Shown piece after piece: positions 1 through 12,625 of a stretch of 64,000 nt of DNA; position 1 is the stretch's first letter, and every line of letters starts with the position of its first letter. The notes beneath the pieces are model-generated. The model worked only from the letters and a program-made list of their open reading frames with translations. It did not search any database and was not told the origin of the DNA. This DNA is from Thelocarpon superellum (Eukaryota), in NCBI GenBank assembly GCA_026025795.1, contig JAPEUG010000049.1:1-64000 (forward strand), read 5' to 3'. The translations under genes were made by a program, and so were the position numbers.

Positions 1-120
1 ATCAGGCGTCGACGTGGGATGGGCGTCGGCAAAGTCCAGCAACGCTGTACATTGCTCGCGGGTCAAGTTGGAGCTTTCGAGTACGGACAACAGGAAGGGA
101 TCTTGCACGATGGCGGCCAT
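1..120 (-). CDS. 5' end of a probable THO complex subunit 5 (Fms-interacting protein-like); runs off the window
   Basis: Minus-strand ATG at 120 opens MAAIVQDPFLLSVLESSNLTREQCTALLDFADAHPTSTPD with no stop before base 1. It resembles the 'IVxDPxLLxVL' N-terminus of fungal THOC5 proteins as I recall it. Not in the ORF track. Confidence 0.5.
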   Translation of the reverse strand, partial: MAAIVQDPFLLSVLESSNLTREQCTALLDFADAHPTSTPD

Positions 121-1325
121 CTCGACCAAGTTCGTCGGAGATCGAGCGGAGGAATCGATGCACGACGGGTAACGCAACCAAAGCCTTTGCTAGATGGGAT
201 GGTGGACAACGTTCCTACGCCGAATACCGCCAAGCGAGCCGCTGTGGGCCAACCACCGAAGCGAGACGATGCTTAGATATCCGTCGGGGCCGCTCTGAGC
301 ATCCGCTTAACTGGACTTTGGCGGAATAGCAGTTGGCTACATGTACTGACTAGAAAGCAAGGAGGGAGAACCCTGCCCCAGAGCTTCCACTCATCTTTCT
401 GTCTCTATCGTGACGGAGAGGCCGGTGTGATTCCAGCGATGCTTTGGATAGAATGAAACAGTGCGCAAAGGCAGCGAGTCTCCGTCTCTTACTTGAACGA
501 AGTGATCAACGCTCAGCAGATTATGGGTCGCTCTGCCCTACAAGCACCTCCGGACCTTGTGGCCCAACGGCCAAGCGATCATCGGCATCCTCCGTAGTTA
601 CAATAACATTACTTAACGCTCCTAGACCAATCCACTCTGATGATACTGGGGCGAGGATATGGACGACGACGTGACGCGTACAGGGACTACAGACACTTGG
701 CGCAAGGTCCAAGCTACCTGCTGACGGGTAGTGCCTGTAGGCAGATAATGCAGGCGCTCGTCCCGGAAATTCCCGGGCGCTGGCATGACGCTGGACGCGT
801 AGTGGTAATATAGCACCTAACGGCGAAGATCTGCGCGACGGTCCATGACCCTACCTCGCTTGCCTTGCCAACCGTGCACAGCCGCTGGGGCTACCCGGTG
901 GTGGCAAAGTGAGACCTCCGCTGTTGCGGCAGTGTGTGTACGAGTAAGAGGTAGCAGATACCCTCAATGGCTAATGAGTTGTCGCTCGTCCTCGGTACCT
1001 GACATGCTAGCATGACTACATTCTCTCGGTCCGCCAACATTCGCAGCTTTTGCCAGCGAGTTGGCCTACCCAGTAGACCTGCAACATCTACCCACGTGGG
1101 GACCCTTGCGTTGTTCACGACTCCATTCGCAGTCTCTGCCATCTCTTCTATCCCGCCAAAGCTCTTCGACTTCCGCCTTTACGTTGACCCCGCCCGACGA
1201 GCATTGACCTCACCCTGAGAGGCCGTTGCCTCGGCTGTCGCTCCACATCCATGTTGGCCCCTTAACGCCACGCCGCCTTACCCCCTCGTCCTGCGAGACG
1301 CAGGGACGCAGTTCGAGTGTCCAAC

Positions 1326-2880
1326 ATGGCGTGCACGCAGACGTCCGTGACCATCGAGTCACACGGCGAGGCGGTGCGGCGGCCGACACCGGTCAATCGT
1401 CGGTCGTCGGAAAGCGTCAACAAACGGCGACGCCACTCCTTTCATTATATCCGGAAGCGGTCCGCCAGCCTGGTCGACGAGGATACCATCTCGCTCAAGG
1501 TACGCGCCGTGGCAAGTCCTCGGATACGAGTGCGGGCGTGACTGACGGCTCGAGCAGGTGGATCTCTTTCTCTCGGAGCTCGAACGCCGCCTTGACTTTC
1601 TCGAGGCTTACGGGAATCTCAACCTGGATGCCGGCATCTCGCGGGCATACGCCACCCTACAAGCCGTCCGCGATTCGTGCTCCCGGGTGTCGGGCGAGCT
1701 GTATGGCGCGGGTCAGCGCCGTGCCAAGGTCATGGTCGAGACCTTGGACAGCCAGTACCAAGGGGTGCTGGCGACGCGCGAGACGCTGGAGCAGAAGATC
1801 CACACGGGCATTCGACTGCTGGAGGACTTTCTCGCCGACTTCGAGGGCCGCGCCTACACGATGCGTGAGGCCGGCTTCGGCGGCATGGCCGGTGGCCTGA
1901 TGGATGAAGGCCGGCGACGGGTCGACGAGGGGTTAGAACGTGCGCGCGGCGTGGTCGATGACGGCATGGAGCGCGCGCGCCGGGCCAAGGAGCGGATGAA
2001 GGAGAGCATCGAACAGGCCATCGCCAGCGCGCGGAAGCACGGGCTGATCAAGTACGACGATCTCCCCGAGCCATGGCAAGTCAACCCGCACATCATCCGC
2101 GGCTATCGCTTCTCCGAGTCCAAGATCGACTGCGTGTGTTCGATGCTGCGCATGTCCAACGAATTCTTCAACATCTGGTCGCACGCCTTGGGTCTCGTGG
2201 CCGTGCTGTCCATCGCCTTCTACTTCTACCCGTCGAGCGTCAACTTCTCGCTCAGCAGCAAAACAGACATCTTCATCGCCGCCGTCTTCTTCTTCGCCGC
2301 GTGCAAATGCCTCGTGTGCAGCACCCTGTGGCACACGATGAACAGCATCGCAGAGCAGACGCTCATGGAGCGGTTTGCCTGCGTCGACTACACGGGCATC
2401 TCGCTCCTGATCGCCGCCTCGATCATGACGACGGAATACACAGCCTTCTACTGCGAGCCCGTCAGCCGCTGGACGTACATGCTGACGACGGCCACGCTGG
2501 GCATTGGCGGTGTGCTCATCCCCTGGCACCCGACCTTCAACCGGGCCGACATGCGCTGGGCGCGCGTGGCTTTCTACATCATCCTGGGCTTCACCGGGCT
2601 GCTGCCGGTGTTCCAGCTCAACCTCAGCCGCGGACCAGCATGGTCCTACTACTTCTACGCGCCCATCATGAAGAGCGCGGCCGTCTACATCATCGGCGCC
2701 CTTGTCTACGCCAGCCAGATCCCCGAGCGCTGGTTCCCTGGCGCTTTCGACTACGTCGGGGGCAGCCACAATCTCTGGCACCTTGCCGTGCTCGGCGGGA
2801 TCCTGTTCCATTACGTCGCCATGCAGGACTTCTTTAGTGGCGCCTTCAAACGGGCTCAGGAGGGCTGTTCTATTTCTTGA
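1326..2880 (+). CDS. IZH3: PAQR/hemolysin-III family membrane protein (IZH3-type)
   Basis: Exons 1326-1499 and 1558-2880; intron GTACGC..CTGAC..CAG. Motifs NPHIIRGYRF, SNEFFNIWSH, CSTLWH, DYTGIS, PERWFPGAFDYVGGSHNLWH. The long N-terminal extension is typical of IZH3. Confidence 0.9.
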
Positions 2881-3199
2881 TTGTATCAAACCCTCTTCCC
2901 CTTGACGCTGACTTGTGACTGACGATTCCGAGTCGGTTCATCTCCATCATTTGTTACATCTCTTATCCTCTTTTCACTTCTCCCCACATCAATTTCTCCA
3001 CGTGCCGAACAGGCCTAGCCAAGATGAGACCATGGATCTTCCCGGATCGATTGATTGATAGATCAGAATTTGGACGTATGCATGCTAGATGCAGATGCAG
3101 ATGCATTAGCTAGACGCCTATTGAGATGAAGATACAGAAAACGTCTGGAGAGGGCAATCGTTCATCATGTTTCATGGAGCATCCGTCGATTGTTTCCAT

Positions 3200-4462
3200 T
3201 TACCCCTGCCCAACAGTAGCCGGAGACGCAGCAGGGCGTACATCGACCTTTCGAAACCTTCCCTGCAGCCAACACCGGTACATTTTCAGTTTCCGCTGCC
3301 GGTTCACTAGTAATCGTCTGTCGACGCCTAGATTCAATGGTTCGAAGAGTTTCGCTCCTCCCTCTTTCTTCTCCTCGTCCTCTACCCCCTTTCCCTCCTT
3401 TTTCTCATCTCCGTCCACGCCTTGGGCGTTCGCGGTCCCATTTCTGGTGCCGATACCGGTGCCGGTGCCAGGCTCGGCCCGAGTGTCCGCTGGATCGTTG
3501 CCCTCCCAGATAGAAGCAAGTTCGTCCCGGTCAAAGAAATAGACTCTCGTTCCGTCCCCGCGCACGTAAAAGTTCTCTTCCAGGTACCTCCCCTTCCGGA
3601 AGCGGACTTGGGCGAGGTCGCCGCGGCCATAGTCACGAAGCAGCACCTCGCCGCCGGGTTTCAGCAGCGTGTGGATGTTCCGCACTGCCTGGCGCCACTG
3701 CGAGGGCTCGAGGGCGGAGAAGATGAAGATCATGAGGACAAGATCGACCGAGCCTGCGCCCAATCCTGGCGGGAGCTCGTGGCCCGCAACGTCCCATTCG
3801 GCCGCGTGGATGTGCTTCTCATCGTACAGCTCGTGCGCACGTAGCAAGTCTACCGCTTTCTTGGAAAAGTCGCACGCGTGCAGCTTCAGACGTGTGTTGA
3901 GATTGTGCGCAAGGATCGGAAAGGCCGTGTTGCCTGCGCCGGCCCCGACCTCGAGCATCGTGATTGGGCCGCCGTCGGCTTGCGTGGCGCGGGCCAGCGC
4001 GGGGAACTCCTGCCGTAGCCACTTCCGGTCCTTGAAAAAATTCACGCTGTTGTTCTTGTAGAATTGATTCCACCATTTTGCGGGCTCGGCGTTGAAGCGC
4101 TCTTATGGTTGTGTCGTCAGCGTATGATCTTCTCGTCAGGATTGAGGGGCAAACGTACTCTTGTCAAAATCCGAGACGGGTGACGCTCGCTGTGCGGCGT
4201 ATTGCGCCTCGGCGTAGTCGCGGTGCTCGGCATCCGTCTCCACGTGGTCCCAGGCATTGAACTCAAAGACGTCGTCGTCGGCGAGGAGATATCGTGAACC
4301 AAATTGAAAGGGATCGCTGCGTTTCAGGTTGTTGTTGGGATCGTGGGACCGGCTGGGGGGGAGAGCGGAGTGTGGTGGGGTATCTGCATTCGGAGAGGAA
4401 GAGGTTGTGGAGATCGACGGGTCTGGCGGGGAGTTTCTCAGTCCCGTGTTTTCATCGCCCAT
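3200..4462 (-). CDS. TRM140: tRNA m3C32 methyltransferase (Trm140/METTL2-like)
   Basis: Exons 4462-4159 and 4101-3200; intron 4158-4102 with an AAG acceptor. Motifs FNAWDHVE, NFFKDRKWLRQEF, LEVGAGAGNT, RDYGRGDLAQVRF, YVRGDGTRVYFF, MYRCWLQ. Confidence 0.9.
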
Positions 4463-4897
4463 TTCCACTTATCTGTCTCGAGAGACAGGAGCAAGACTGG
4501 CGGGCTTTACGGTAGGTTGTGGTGTGCAGTGTATGATCCATTATTGAATAATATCGAACTTGAACTGCCACTCGACCTGGCTGGCGTTAGGCGATCGCTC
4601 AGTTATACCCCGGTCGCTGCAGGGTTTAGCTGCCCGTAGCTCGTCCAGGCCCTTCGTACTCCGTACTTCGTCCGTACGAATACGCGATTCAGCGTAACTG
4701 TGGGTGACAGGGGAAGTTTGTCAATTCGCGAGACTCAGCATGATATCATCGTTTTCCTCGTCCGTGGAAGATTCACATTGTCCATACAGTCAGCGACCTA
4801 ATCAACAATGGAATTCAGATCTCACGCATAGCATGTATCTGTATGAGCTCTAGTTGATTGCATGCTCCTGGAATCCAAATGATTTGTGTCCCTTATC

Positions 4898-5737
4898 ATG
4901 TCTCTCATCACACCCTGTCTTAAGGCACGGTCCGTGACCACAGCCGTCCGGCCCCGATTGGCACTCGGAACAGCATTCGGCCATCAAGCAAAGGACCTCC
5001 CACTCCCACTCCCCAATTCTTCATGTCGACGATCATTCGTGGACCCACCGTGGCAGCCCGAAGTCCAACATCTCAAAGCCTCGCGCACGCTGCCCTACCC
5101 CTCGTCGGCCCTATACGCCATCATCGCCGACATAGAGTCCTACTCCCATTTCCTGCCCTACTGCCTCGAATCTCGCGTCTCGCGCTGGTCGAGCCCCGAC
5201 CACAACGGCGATAAGTGGCCCGCTGAGGCCAGCCTGCGGGTCGGTTGGGGCGGCTTCGAGGAACAGTTCGTCAGCGGGGTGTACTGTGTGCCGGGACGCG
5301 TCGTCGAGGCCGTCTCTGGACAAGCTAGGCCTACGATACGAGAGAAGGACCTGCCGCACTATGCTTCTGCCACCTCGTTCCCCTCCATCTCTGCCGCTAC
5401 CTCTACCTCCAATACGTTGTACAAACATCTCCTGACGACATGGACCTTACGGCCCTTCCCGTATAAGCCGCCGCCGTCAGACGGGACGACACCGCAAGAA
5501 GGCCGCGCCTTGACGCCCGCGACGGAGCAGACGGAGGTGGATCTGGCCATCGACTTCCAATTCGTCAATCCCGTCTACGCGGCGCTCAGCAAGGCCGTGG
5601 CGCCCCGTATCGCCGGCGTGATGATTGATGCATTTGAGACGAGGGCTGCTGCGTTACTCGGCGGAGGGCTCGACCCCGCGAAAGTGCCGAGTGCGCTCGA
5701 GGGCGTGGTCGAGCACGGAAAGACGCAGAAGTCGTGA
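4898..5737 (+). CDS. COQ10: Coenzyme Q-binding START-domain protein
   Basis: Basic presequence-like N-terminus, then RTLPYPSSALYAIIADIESYSHFLPYC, ASLRVGWGGFEEQFVS, IDFQFVNPVY and MIDAFETRA, which match the Coq10 START fold. Confidence 0.8.
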   Translation: MSLITPCLKARSVTTAVRPRLALGTAFGHQAKDLPLPLPNSSCRRSFVDPPWQPEVQHLKASRTLPYPSSALYAIIADIESYSHFLPYCLESRVSRWSSPDHNGDKWPAEASLRVGWGGFEEQFVSGVYCVPGRVVEAVSGQARPTIREKDLPHYASATSFPSISAATSTSNTLYKHLLTTWTLRPFPYKPPPSDGTTPQEGRALTPATEQTEVDLAIDFQFVNPVYAALSKAVAPRIAGVMIDAFETRAAALLGGGLDPAKVPSALEGVVEHGKTQKS

Positions 5738-5848
5738 TGGGACATTGGTGGGACAGAGGAACTCCTGGCCTCGTATGTATAGATCCGCTCTAGACTCCTC
5801 GCTATGTACAAAAGATGTCTTAAAGTCCCTCGCACCCCCCCCCCCCGG

Positions 5849-6814
5849 TCAAGCGTCTCTGCTCCGCCCATCCGCCGCAAGCAAGAATGGTTCGCCCCTC
5901 CGAAAGCCCGCCCCTTCCATTAGATCGGTGAAGTTGGTGTTGTGCGAGGCCCGCAAGGGCCCAGACGACAGCACAAATTCCATGGACGTGGATTCGGACC
6001 GGGCATCGGAGTAGGTTTCGGAGCGGAGGTCAGAGCGGAGGTCGGACCGGGCGTCAGATCGGACGTCGGAGGGCGCCTCAGACTTGCGGAAGATGGAGCG
6101 CGGCTTGATCGGCTCCTTGCGAAGGAAGTCGGACCGGCACACGTTCTGCGGCTGCAAGATGGGCGCGCTGATGGTCTTCTTGCGGTTCAAGAGCAGGATG
6201 CCTGCCGCGCTGAGCAGTCCACCCAGCAGCATGCCGGGAAAGAAGCCCACGGCCACGGCCTTGCCGGGGAATGTCGGGCATGACGCTGCTGCTGCCACGG
6301 CGGCGCCGGCGGCGGCGCTGCTCGCGGCCGACTGAGATGGAAGACTGGTCGACGATGGGTGGGACGGGGAGGACGTCGGGGTCGCGATCGTCGGGGCGCT
6401 GCTGGGCGCGCTGCTGGTGGGCACGCTGCTCGGCAGGCTCTGCATCGCGCATTGTCCGTCCTGGCAGCCATACCCCTGCGGGCAACAGCTGCTCCCGCAG
6501 CTTTCCAACGTCGCCGTCAGGTTCGTGGATTTGATCGGATTCTGCGGATGGGCCGTGGCGTTCTGCTGCGAGATGTCGCACGGGATGGGGGCGATGAACT
6601 GGCAATTCGACCCGGCCGGACAGCAGATGATGGACTTGTGGCCATTGAGCGGGATGCACTGCGTGTTGGAGGGGCAGCAGAAGTTGGACGGCACGTTGGC
6701 CCCGGCACACGTGGTGTAGGAAGGATCGCCACAGGCGCTGTCCCGCGGTAGCAGCCCTGCTGCCGTGGACTGTGCCATCAAGCCAAAGATCGTCGTGATG
6801 ATGGAGGATCGCAT
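5849..6814 (-). CDS. Type I membrane protein: signal peptide, Cys-rich ectodomain, Ser/Thr stalk, one TM
   Basis: Signal peptide MRSSIITTIFGLMAQSTAA; repeated CCP motifs; S/T/P-rich linker; TM AVAVGFFPGMLLGGLLSAAGILLL followed by RKK. Intronless 321-aa ORF. Confidence 0.8.
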   Translation of the reverse strand: MRSSIITTIFGLMAQSTAAGLLPRDSACGDPSYTTCAGANVPSNFCCPSNTQCIPLNGHKSIICCPAGSNCQFIAPIPCDISQQNATAHPQNPIKSTNLTATLESCGSSCCPQGYGCQDGQCAMQSLPSSVPTSSAPSSAPTIATPTSSPSHPSSTSLPSQSAASSAAAGAAVAAAASCPTFPGKAVAVGFFPGMLLGGLLSAAGILLLNRKKTISAPILQPQNVCRSDFLRKEPIKPRSIFRKSEAPSDVRSDARSDLRSDLRSETYSDARSESTSMEFVLSSGPLRASHNTNFTDLMEGAGFRRGEPFLLAADGRSRDA

Positions 6815-7316
6815 GTTGACGAGACTGACAGCCTGACACGGACAAGTGCTTTGAGCTTAAACTCGGGTGGCACTGGCTTGGATTAGATATACCTCGCGCG
6901 AACAAAGGAAACAAGGAGCCAAAGTCTTCCCCGGACGATTGAAACATTGGAACCGGATCAAGCAGGTGTTAAAGTATCAGCAGACTCTGATCCAGTCCGA
7001 CCAGACCGTGCCCGACCCCAGGGCGCAGGCACTGGACCTGCGACAAAGCGCATGGCACGATCATGGGATCACGGCCTCAGAATAGCTCTGGGCGCCATTC
7101 AGCGCTGGCCGAGCGGGTTCTGAAACCTGCTCCACACCCCGAGAATAGACGGTGAGTCTGCTGGGTCGTCTGATCGCGACGCTGCCACGCTCCATTCGAC
7201 TCCCGGCCTGTTCGCGTTGAAACAGTGAGCGCGGTTGCCGGGCGTCAGGTCGCGTCGACGGCGGGCGGAAGGGCAGCCGTGGTTGGTCGAGCAGATCGAG
7301 CGCTAGGGGATGCGTA

Positions 7317-7351
7317 GACGACTGGACGACTGGACGACTGGACGACTGGAC
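7317..7351. repeat. Octamer tandem repeat (GACGACTG)x4 in a divergent promoter
   Basis: gacgactggacgactggacgactggacgactggac read directly. Confidence 0.85.
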
Positions 7352-7537
7352 CACCGCTTATCCGTACCACCTCCTGCACCCTTGCTGCACTCGCCGCGCC
7401 GTATCGGCCACCCAGCTCCTACGGGACGTCGATCGAGCCGTAGCCGTCGGAAATCAAACGCCAGCCGAAATTGATATCCACATCTTCTTGAGCTGCCTGG
7501 CAGGTTTCAGGGCAGCTGTTGCTTCTGCATCTCGACC

Positions 7538-8610
7538 ATGGTCAAACATCCACTATTGCGGCCAAGCTCGGCCGCGCGTGCCACCTCCTCCATCTTGGTA
7601 CGTCATCCAACATGAACATCTGCAAAGCCACACTTGTCGCCTCGTTTACTAACATCGTTCTCGTAAAGTGCGCCAGACCTCTCGCCGGCACAGCTCAGAT
7701 TCGTCGAGCGCATCATGTGCCTCCATTGACCCATGAGACCCAATTCAAGTCACACGGCGTGCCCGACCTCCTGTCGGCCGAGGGCTACGAACTTGCGTGG
7801 ACCCAATATCAGTCGGTGATGATGGAGAAACTCAACCACATGACGGCTGGTACGAACGTGGCGCACCTCGTTGCCGATGGCTTAGCGATGAATGACTCGA
7901 TGTCCAGGCACCCCCGACGAAAACACTCCCACCAAAACCCTCCTCCTAAACTCAGCCCGGCAGCCGGACCAAGCCGCTCTCTTTAATCATGCTTCGATGG
8001 CACACAACAACCACTTTTTCTTCAATGGCCTTGTAAGTCGTCCTACGGCAGGTTGAAGAGGATGATGGTCCCTAAGAATGGCCAGTCTCCGCACACCACC
8101 GCCATTCCCTCGGCCTTGTCCAAGACGCTGGCACAAGACTTTTCCTCGATTGACACCCTGCGACAAGAGCTGGTCGCGACGGCCAGCGCCATGTTTGGAC
8201 CGGGATTCGTCTGGCTCGTCAAGGCGACGGACAAATCACAATTCAAATTACTCACCACCTATCTGGCTGGGTCACCCTATCCTGGCGCGCACTTCCGCCG
8301 GCAGCCGTTGGATATGTCGACGCAGTCGCAGGAGAGCCTGGGTGGGCTGAGCGGCGCCGACTACGCTCGGCAGACCATGACGCAAAACACAGTCGGTGCG
8401 TTCGGCCCCCGGAGCCAAGCCAAGCTTGCCCCGGGAGGCATCAGCCTGGTGCCCGTGCTGTGCGTCAACACGTGGGAGCACGTCTGGTTGAAAGACTGGG
8501 GCATCGGCGGCAAGCGCGCCTTCCTCGAGGCTTGGTGGGAGAGGATCGACTGGGGTGTGGTGGCCAACCACGCAGACTTGGGCGGGGCCCGGCGAGCATT
8601 TCGGGCGTGA
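7538..8610 (+). CDS. Fe/Mn-SOD-fold mitochondrial small ribosomal subunit protein (Rsm26/Mrp1-like)
   Basis: Exons 7538-7597, 7669-7849, 7908-8032 and 8086-8610. Motifs LFNHASMAHNNHFFF, FGPGFVWLV, YLAGSPY, LCVNTWEHVW. The SOD metal-ligand Asp of DxWEH is Asn here, as in the non-enzymatic ribosomal paralogues. Confidence 0.8.
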
Positions 8611-10611
8611 GTGCACTGGGAACTCTTCTCGGAGAGCATGTTGTGCCGCACCATTTCATGAAGATAGACCACAGACGTACTATTGTAGGATTGGTAAATT
8701 TTGGGGATGAGGTTGATCTGTGCGGGCCTTGATCTCCCTGCCTGTACGGCGCCGGGCGCTCAATGAACTGACCGAGAAATTTTGCGGCATGTTTAACCGA
8801 AACACACAGATCGTCGGCCACTGCGCCAGTCAGCTCCGGCGTCGCGGAAATTGCAAGCTGGCGGACGATGCCGCGATGGTCAGGAGCATCTCAGGTCCAA
8901 CAATGATGCAAAAGCGCGTGAGACATACCGCCAGCAATGCTCGATTCAAGAATCAGGCAGGGGGATGATGGACGTAATTCAATCAAGTGTGTCAACCTCC
9001 GGTAGATGACGCTGGGTATGCACAGATGGGGAACGGGGTCGACGTCTCCTCTTCGCACCCCTTATGGCCTGCGTCAACAGCACAACAGAGGCGTGGGGCG
9101 GACGCGCGGTGACGTGGCCCGATGCGGACACAGAGATGCGTAGCATGAGGCTGAAAGGTCTTGAGAAGAAGCCGAGTCATATTTTGGCCCCATGGCGACG
9201 ACGCTTCGCAGAGGCTGACCGAGGTTTGTAACCGCGCCACCTTGCCGCCGTGTCACACCTCGGGGCGAGCCGCAGGATGAAACACCGGGCATGCAGCGCA
9301 GATGGAGCTCATGGTCAAAATCCATTCCCACGCCGACGTTGGCTCATCGTACGACACCACCTTGGATTGTTCCACACCTCATCCTTTGGACCTTCGCTTT
9401 TACAAGTGGATCACTTTGGTGATATTCCCGTGGGAGAGGTCGATCTGATCAATGTGGTCGCAACCTCCTTGAGAACACTGCGAATACTGAATGCATGCAG
9501 CCAGGGTGGCCTTGCAGATGCGTGGAGAGGAGACGCTCGGAATTGCAGCGAACATAGGCGGGGATGGCACATCAGCGCAGCATCCAGGATGCGCCATCTG
9601 GAGACACAAAGTGGGTCTGATGAAGGTGCCGTGTCCGACGGTTTGGCTGCTCAGCCTCAACCAACATTAATCGCCTAATCTTACCGGAGATGGTGAGAAA
9701 GCTCCGCTTACGGGTCAATTTGTTCCGGATGTCGTGAGGCTCGCCCTGATCAATCGATGAGCCGACGGGAGAGCGACGGGAGAGCCACTGTACTGCGGAC
9801 TACTTATATTTAGTCGTGGCTGACGCGCACCCCAGGTCGCACCGCTAATTGGCGCGTGGTGGGCCTCGGTAACGCTGCCTTTCCCTTTTCTAGGAAATGT
9901 GCTCTCACGGTCCCGAGAATCCCCCAGCTTCGCTTAACTCTTCCACCGGGATGGTCCGGGAGTGCGCTGCGGGGCCGGGACGAGCATGACGATGACCGCC
10001 GACAATCATCAGAAGCTCCGATGCTGCGGCTCGCACGACCAACGTCATGCCACATCTGTACTAGTGATCTACTTCACTAATGCTTGTGTTAGTAGAATCA
10101 TGAGCAGTTGCACCGGAGGGCATCATTCCTCTCCCTGGACTCGGATCCACTTGTACTCCCACGGGCTCTGCACGCCGTCAGATCTTTGCCTAACTCATGA
10201 GCCATCGCCGATGCCCTTCCTGGTGGAATTCGACCCGAGCGGGGAGAGCGCAGCAGACATGGATCTGTTTTCACGGCAGCTGTGGTCTCCTTAACCATGC
10301 CTGCATTTGTTCTAACCTTGGATGTAGCCCCATCTCATGATGATCCAAGCCACTATCCCATTATCCACCATGGGCACCATCCGGTCCTCCGCGGCTCAAG
10401 CTTACTTTGGTCTACGTCCTTGCTAGTACCATGTCTATACCGAACAGACCCTGTTTGATCTCCTTCCTACATCTTACACGACTTTCCCTTATTGTCATTA
10501 ATTTCACATCCTCCCCCCGATGGCATGCTGGGAGTCACACCTCCTATTCAATTGCGACACAGTCTTTGTGGCCATGTTAACTGGCTTGTAGATGTTCTTC
10601 ACTCTTTATCA

Positions 10612-12505
10612 ATGTTACATCTCCTCCCCTCTTCCGTCCCTACCATCTCCTTCACACTCCCCTTCATTCTTGAATCACTACTCCTCTGGAGCCTGGTCAC
10701 GGGCCCGGTGGCAGCCAGCACAACCAACTGTAGCCGGCCATTCAACCTGGGTCTTAGGTCTTTGCTGATGGCGATTTCTAGACACTGGTACTATCTCTGC
10801 GACCGTGACACTTCCGGAGTTCAACAACGGCACGGAAAGCGCGAGAATCACTCGAACGATCAGTAGCGACGACGTGATCCTCAGCTACGGCGGATCGACG
10901 AACGCAGCGGTCAGCCTATCCATCTCATCCGCGAGCCTCTCCCTTGCCATCGTCTCAAGCAGCGGCACACAGTTCAGTGCCAGTGCCAGTGCCACGACTG
11001 GTACACCTTCCAACCTGACCGTCCTCGGGCAAGTTGGCGCGCCCCCTTCAGGTCTCGAGCATTCGCTCTGGGCCACCGACAGCTCCACCACGGTCCCCAC
11101 GACCATCTCGAGTAATTTCTCCGCGGGAGAATCGTCCCTGCAGGGATTCCTAGGCGGACAGACGGCCCAGCTCCAGATCAACGCCAATGCACCTACCACG
11201 TCCAATCCTACGACTCCAAACTCCAACGGGTCCCCGGTCAACGCTGAGCTCGTCACAGCGCAGTTCGAGATCATATTTCAGGGAACGTGGTGTCCGCATT
11301 CGGCTCCGCTGTCCGTGGCCACGACCAGCTCGCCATCCTCTACCTCTCCCTCTACCTCGTCTTCATCCTCGCCTTCACTTTCACCTTCGCCTTTGCCCTC
11401 GTCAGCCTCATTCCCGTCCTCTACCACGGCACCAGATATCCCCAGCAACGCCATGTCGAGCACGGCCTCCGCATCGAGCGCCACGCCCAGCGGCACGGCA
11501 TCGCTTGCACCGAGCGCGGTGGCCGGCATAGTTATTGGCACGCTAGCTGGCGCTGCGGTCATCGGGGGCGCCGCTCTAGTGGCGCTATGTCTCTTGCGTC
11601 GACAAGACGCGGAGCAGATTGCGGCGGGAGGGAAGAATGGAGGCGAAGGAGGGGAACAAGAAAGGGAGAAGGGAGGCGACAAGGAAAGGGAGAGGGAGAG
11701 GGAGAGGTCAAAGAGCTGGTACGGCGTCGCCAACAGGAAGAAAACGCTGAAGACCGAACGACCCATTACGTATCCGGAACTGGCCTATCTTTACGACGCG
11801 CGCCGGCCCTCTGCGGCTAATTCAGCCTCGGCTTCAGCTTTAGCACGGAGACCGAGAGGGATCTCGAATCTGTCTTTGAACGAGTCCACCTCTGCCTCCT
11901 CCTCTTCTCCTCCCTCTGGATCTCCTCCTCCTCCTCCTCCTCCCCCGGCACATTCGTTCCCGCATCACTCTTCTTCCTCCATGCCCCTTCTCTCTGCTTC
12001 AGCACCGCAAGCTTCATGCACGCTCTCCCGCGCCCTCTCACCTCGCTCCCCTCCTCGCTCCCCTCCTCATCCAGCGCAACTCCGCATGCCCACGAGCGTG
12101 CAGAACGCATTGCACATCGTCGAACCACTGCAGATTCATAAGCAGAGCGTGCGTGCCAGATCGATGACTGCCACGCTGACGGCAACAGGGCCAAGAATCA
12201 CGTCGACTCTGCAATCTGCTCCCCTTGATCCTCTCCCTCCCTTTCCCCATCCACGTGCGTCTCTATCCCCATCCCCATACCCACCTCCCCCTCCACCCTC
12301 ACCTTCCTCCTTGGCCTCCCCGTCACTATCATCACGGCCCGACGCCAGATGCGCAGACGACGTCGTCTCGCCTCTCACACCTGGTGAACTGGACGGGGGA
12401 AGAGGGGAGGCTGTGGTATCATTCGATCGCAAAGCCCTTGTCACTTTTGCGTATTCCCCCACTGAGCTGAGCCACGCTGCTGTTTTCCCGGGGAGTTTCT
12501 TTTGA
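10612..12505 (+). CDS. Type I membrane protein with Ser/Thr-rich ectodomain and Pro-rich cytoplasmic tail
   Basis: ATG 10612 gives a hydrophobic leader ending LLLWSLVTGPVAA. Intron 10730-10781 (GTAGCC..GCTGAT..TAG) joins it in frame to the 566-aa ORF. TM AVAGIVIGTLAGAAVIGGAALVALCLL-RR. Confidence 0.7.
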
Positions 12506-12625
12506 TTTAGCGTGGCGCGACATAGTGCGGCATGGCGTGGCTCGGTTTCTTGTCTTTGCATGGTGAGCGGGTACTGCTATAGGCGTTGAGATGTCTTCTG
12601 TGATCCATCCGATCCCTACACATTC

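Noticed and set aside
637..724. TGATGA...CTGA pair suggestive of a C/D box snoRNA
   Set aside because: No convincing terminal stem, and I could not match a clean rRNA antisense element. It would need snoscan or Infernal.
3200..4462. Possible +1 programmed frameshift as in yeast ABP140/TRM140
   Set aside because: The frame break is fully explained by a 57-nt intron; there is no CTT-AGG-C site or actin-binding extension.
7538..8610. Annotation as an active Fe/Mn superoxide dismutase
   Set aside because: Metal ligands are incomplete (NTWEH instead of DxWEH, first His absent); it fits the ribosomal paralogue.
8700..9700. Cys-containing short ORFs in a 1-kb intergenic stretch, possibly a pseudogene
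   Set aside because: Multiple stops in all frames and no family recognisable by eye.
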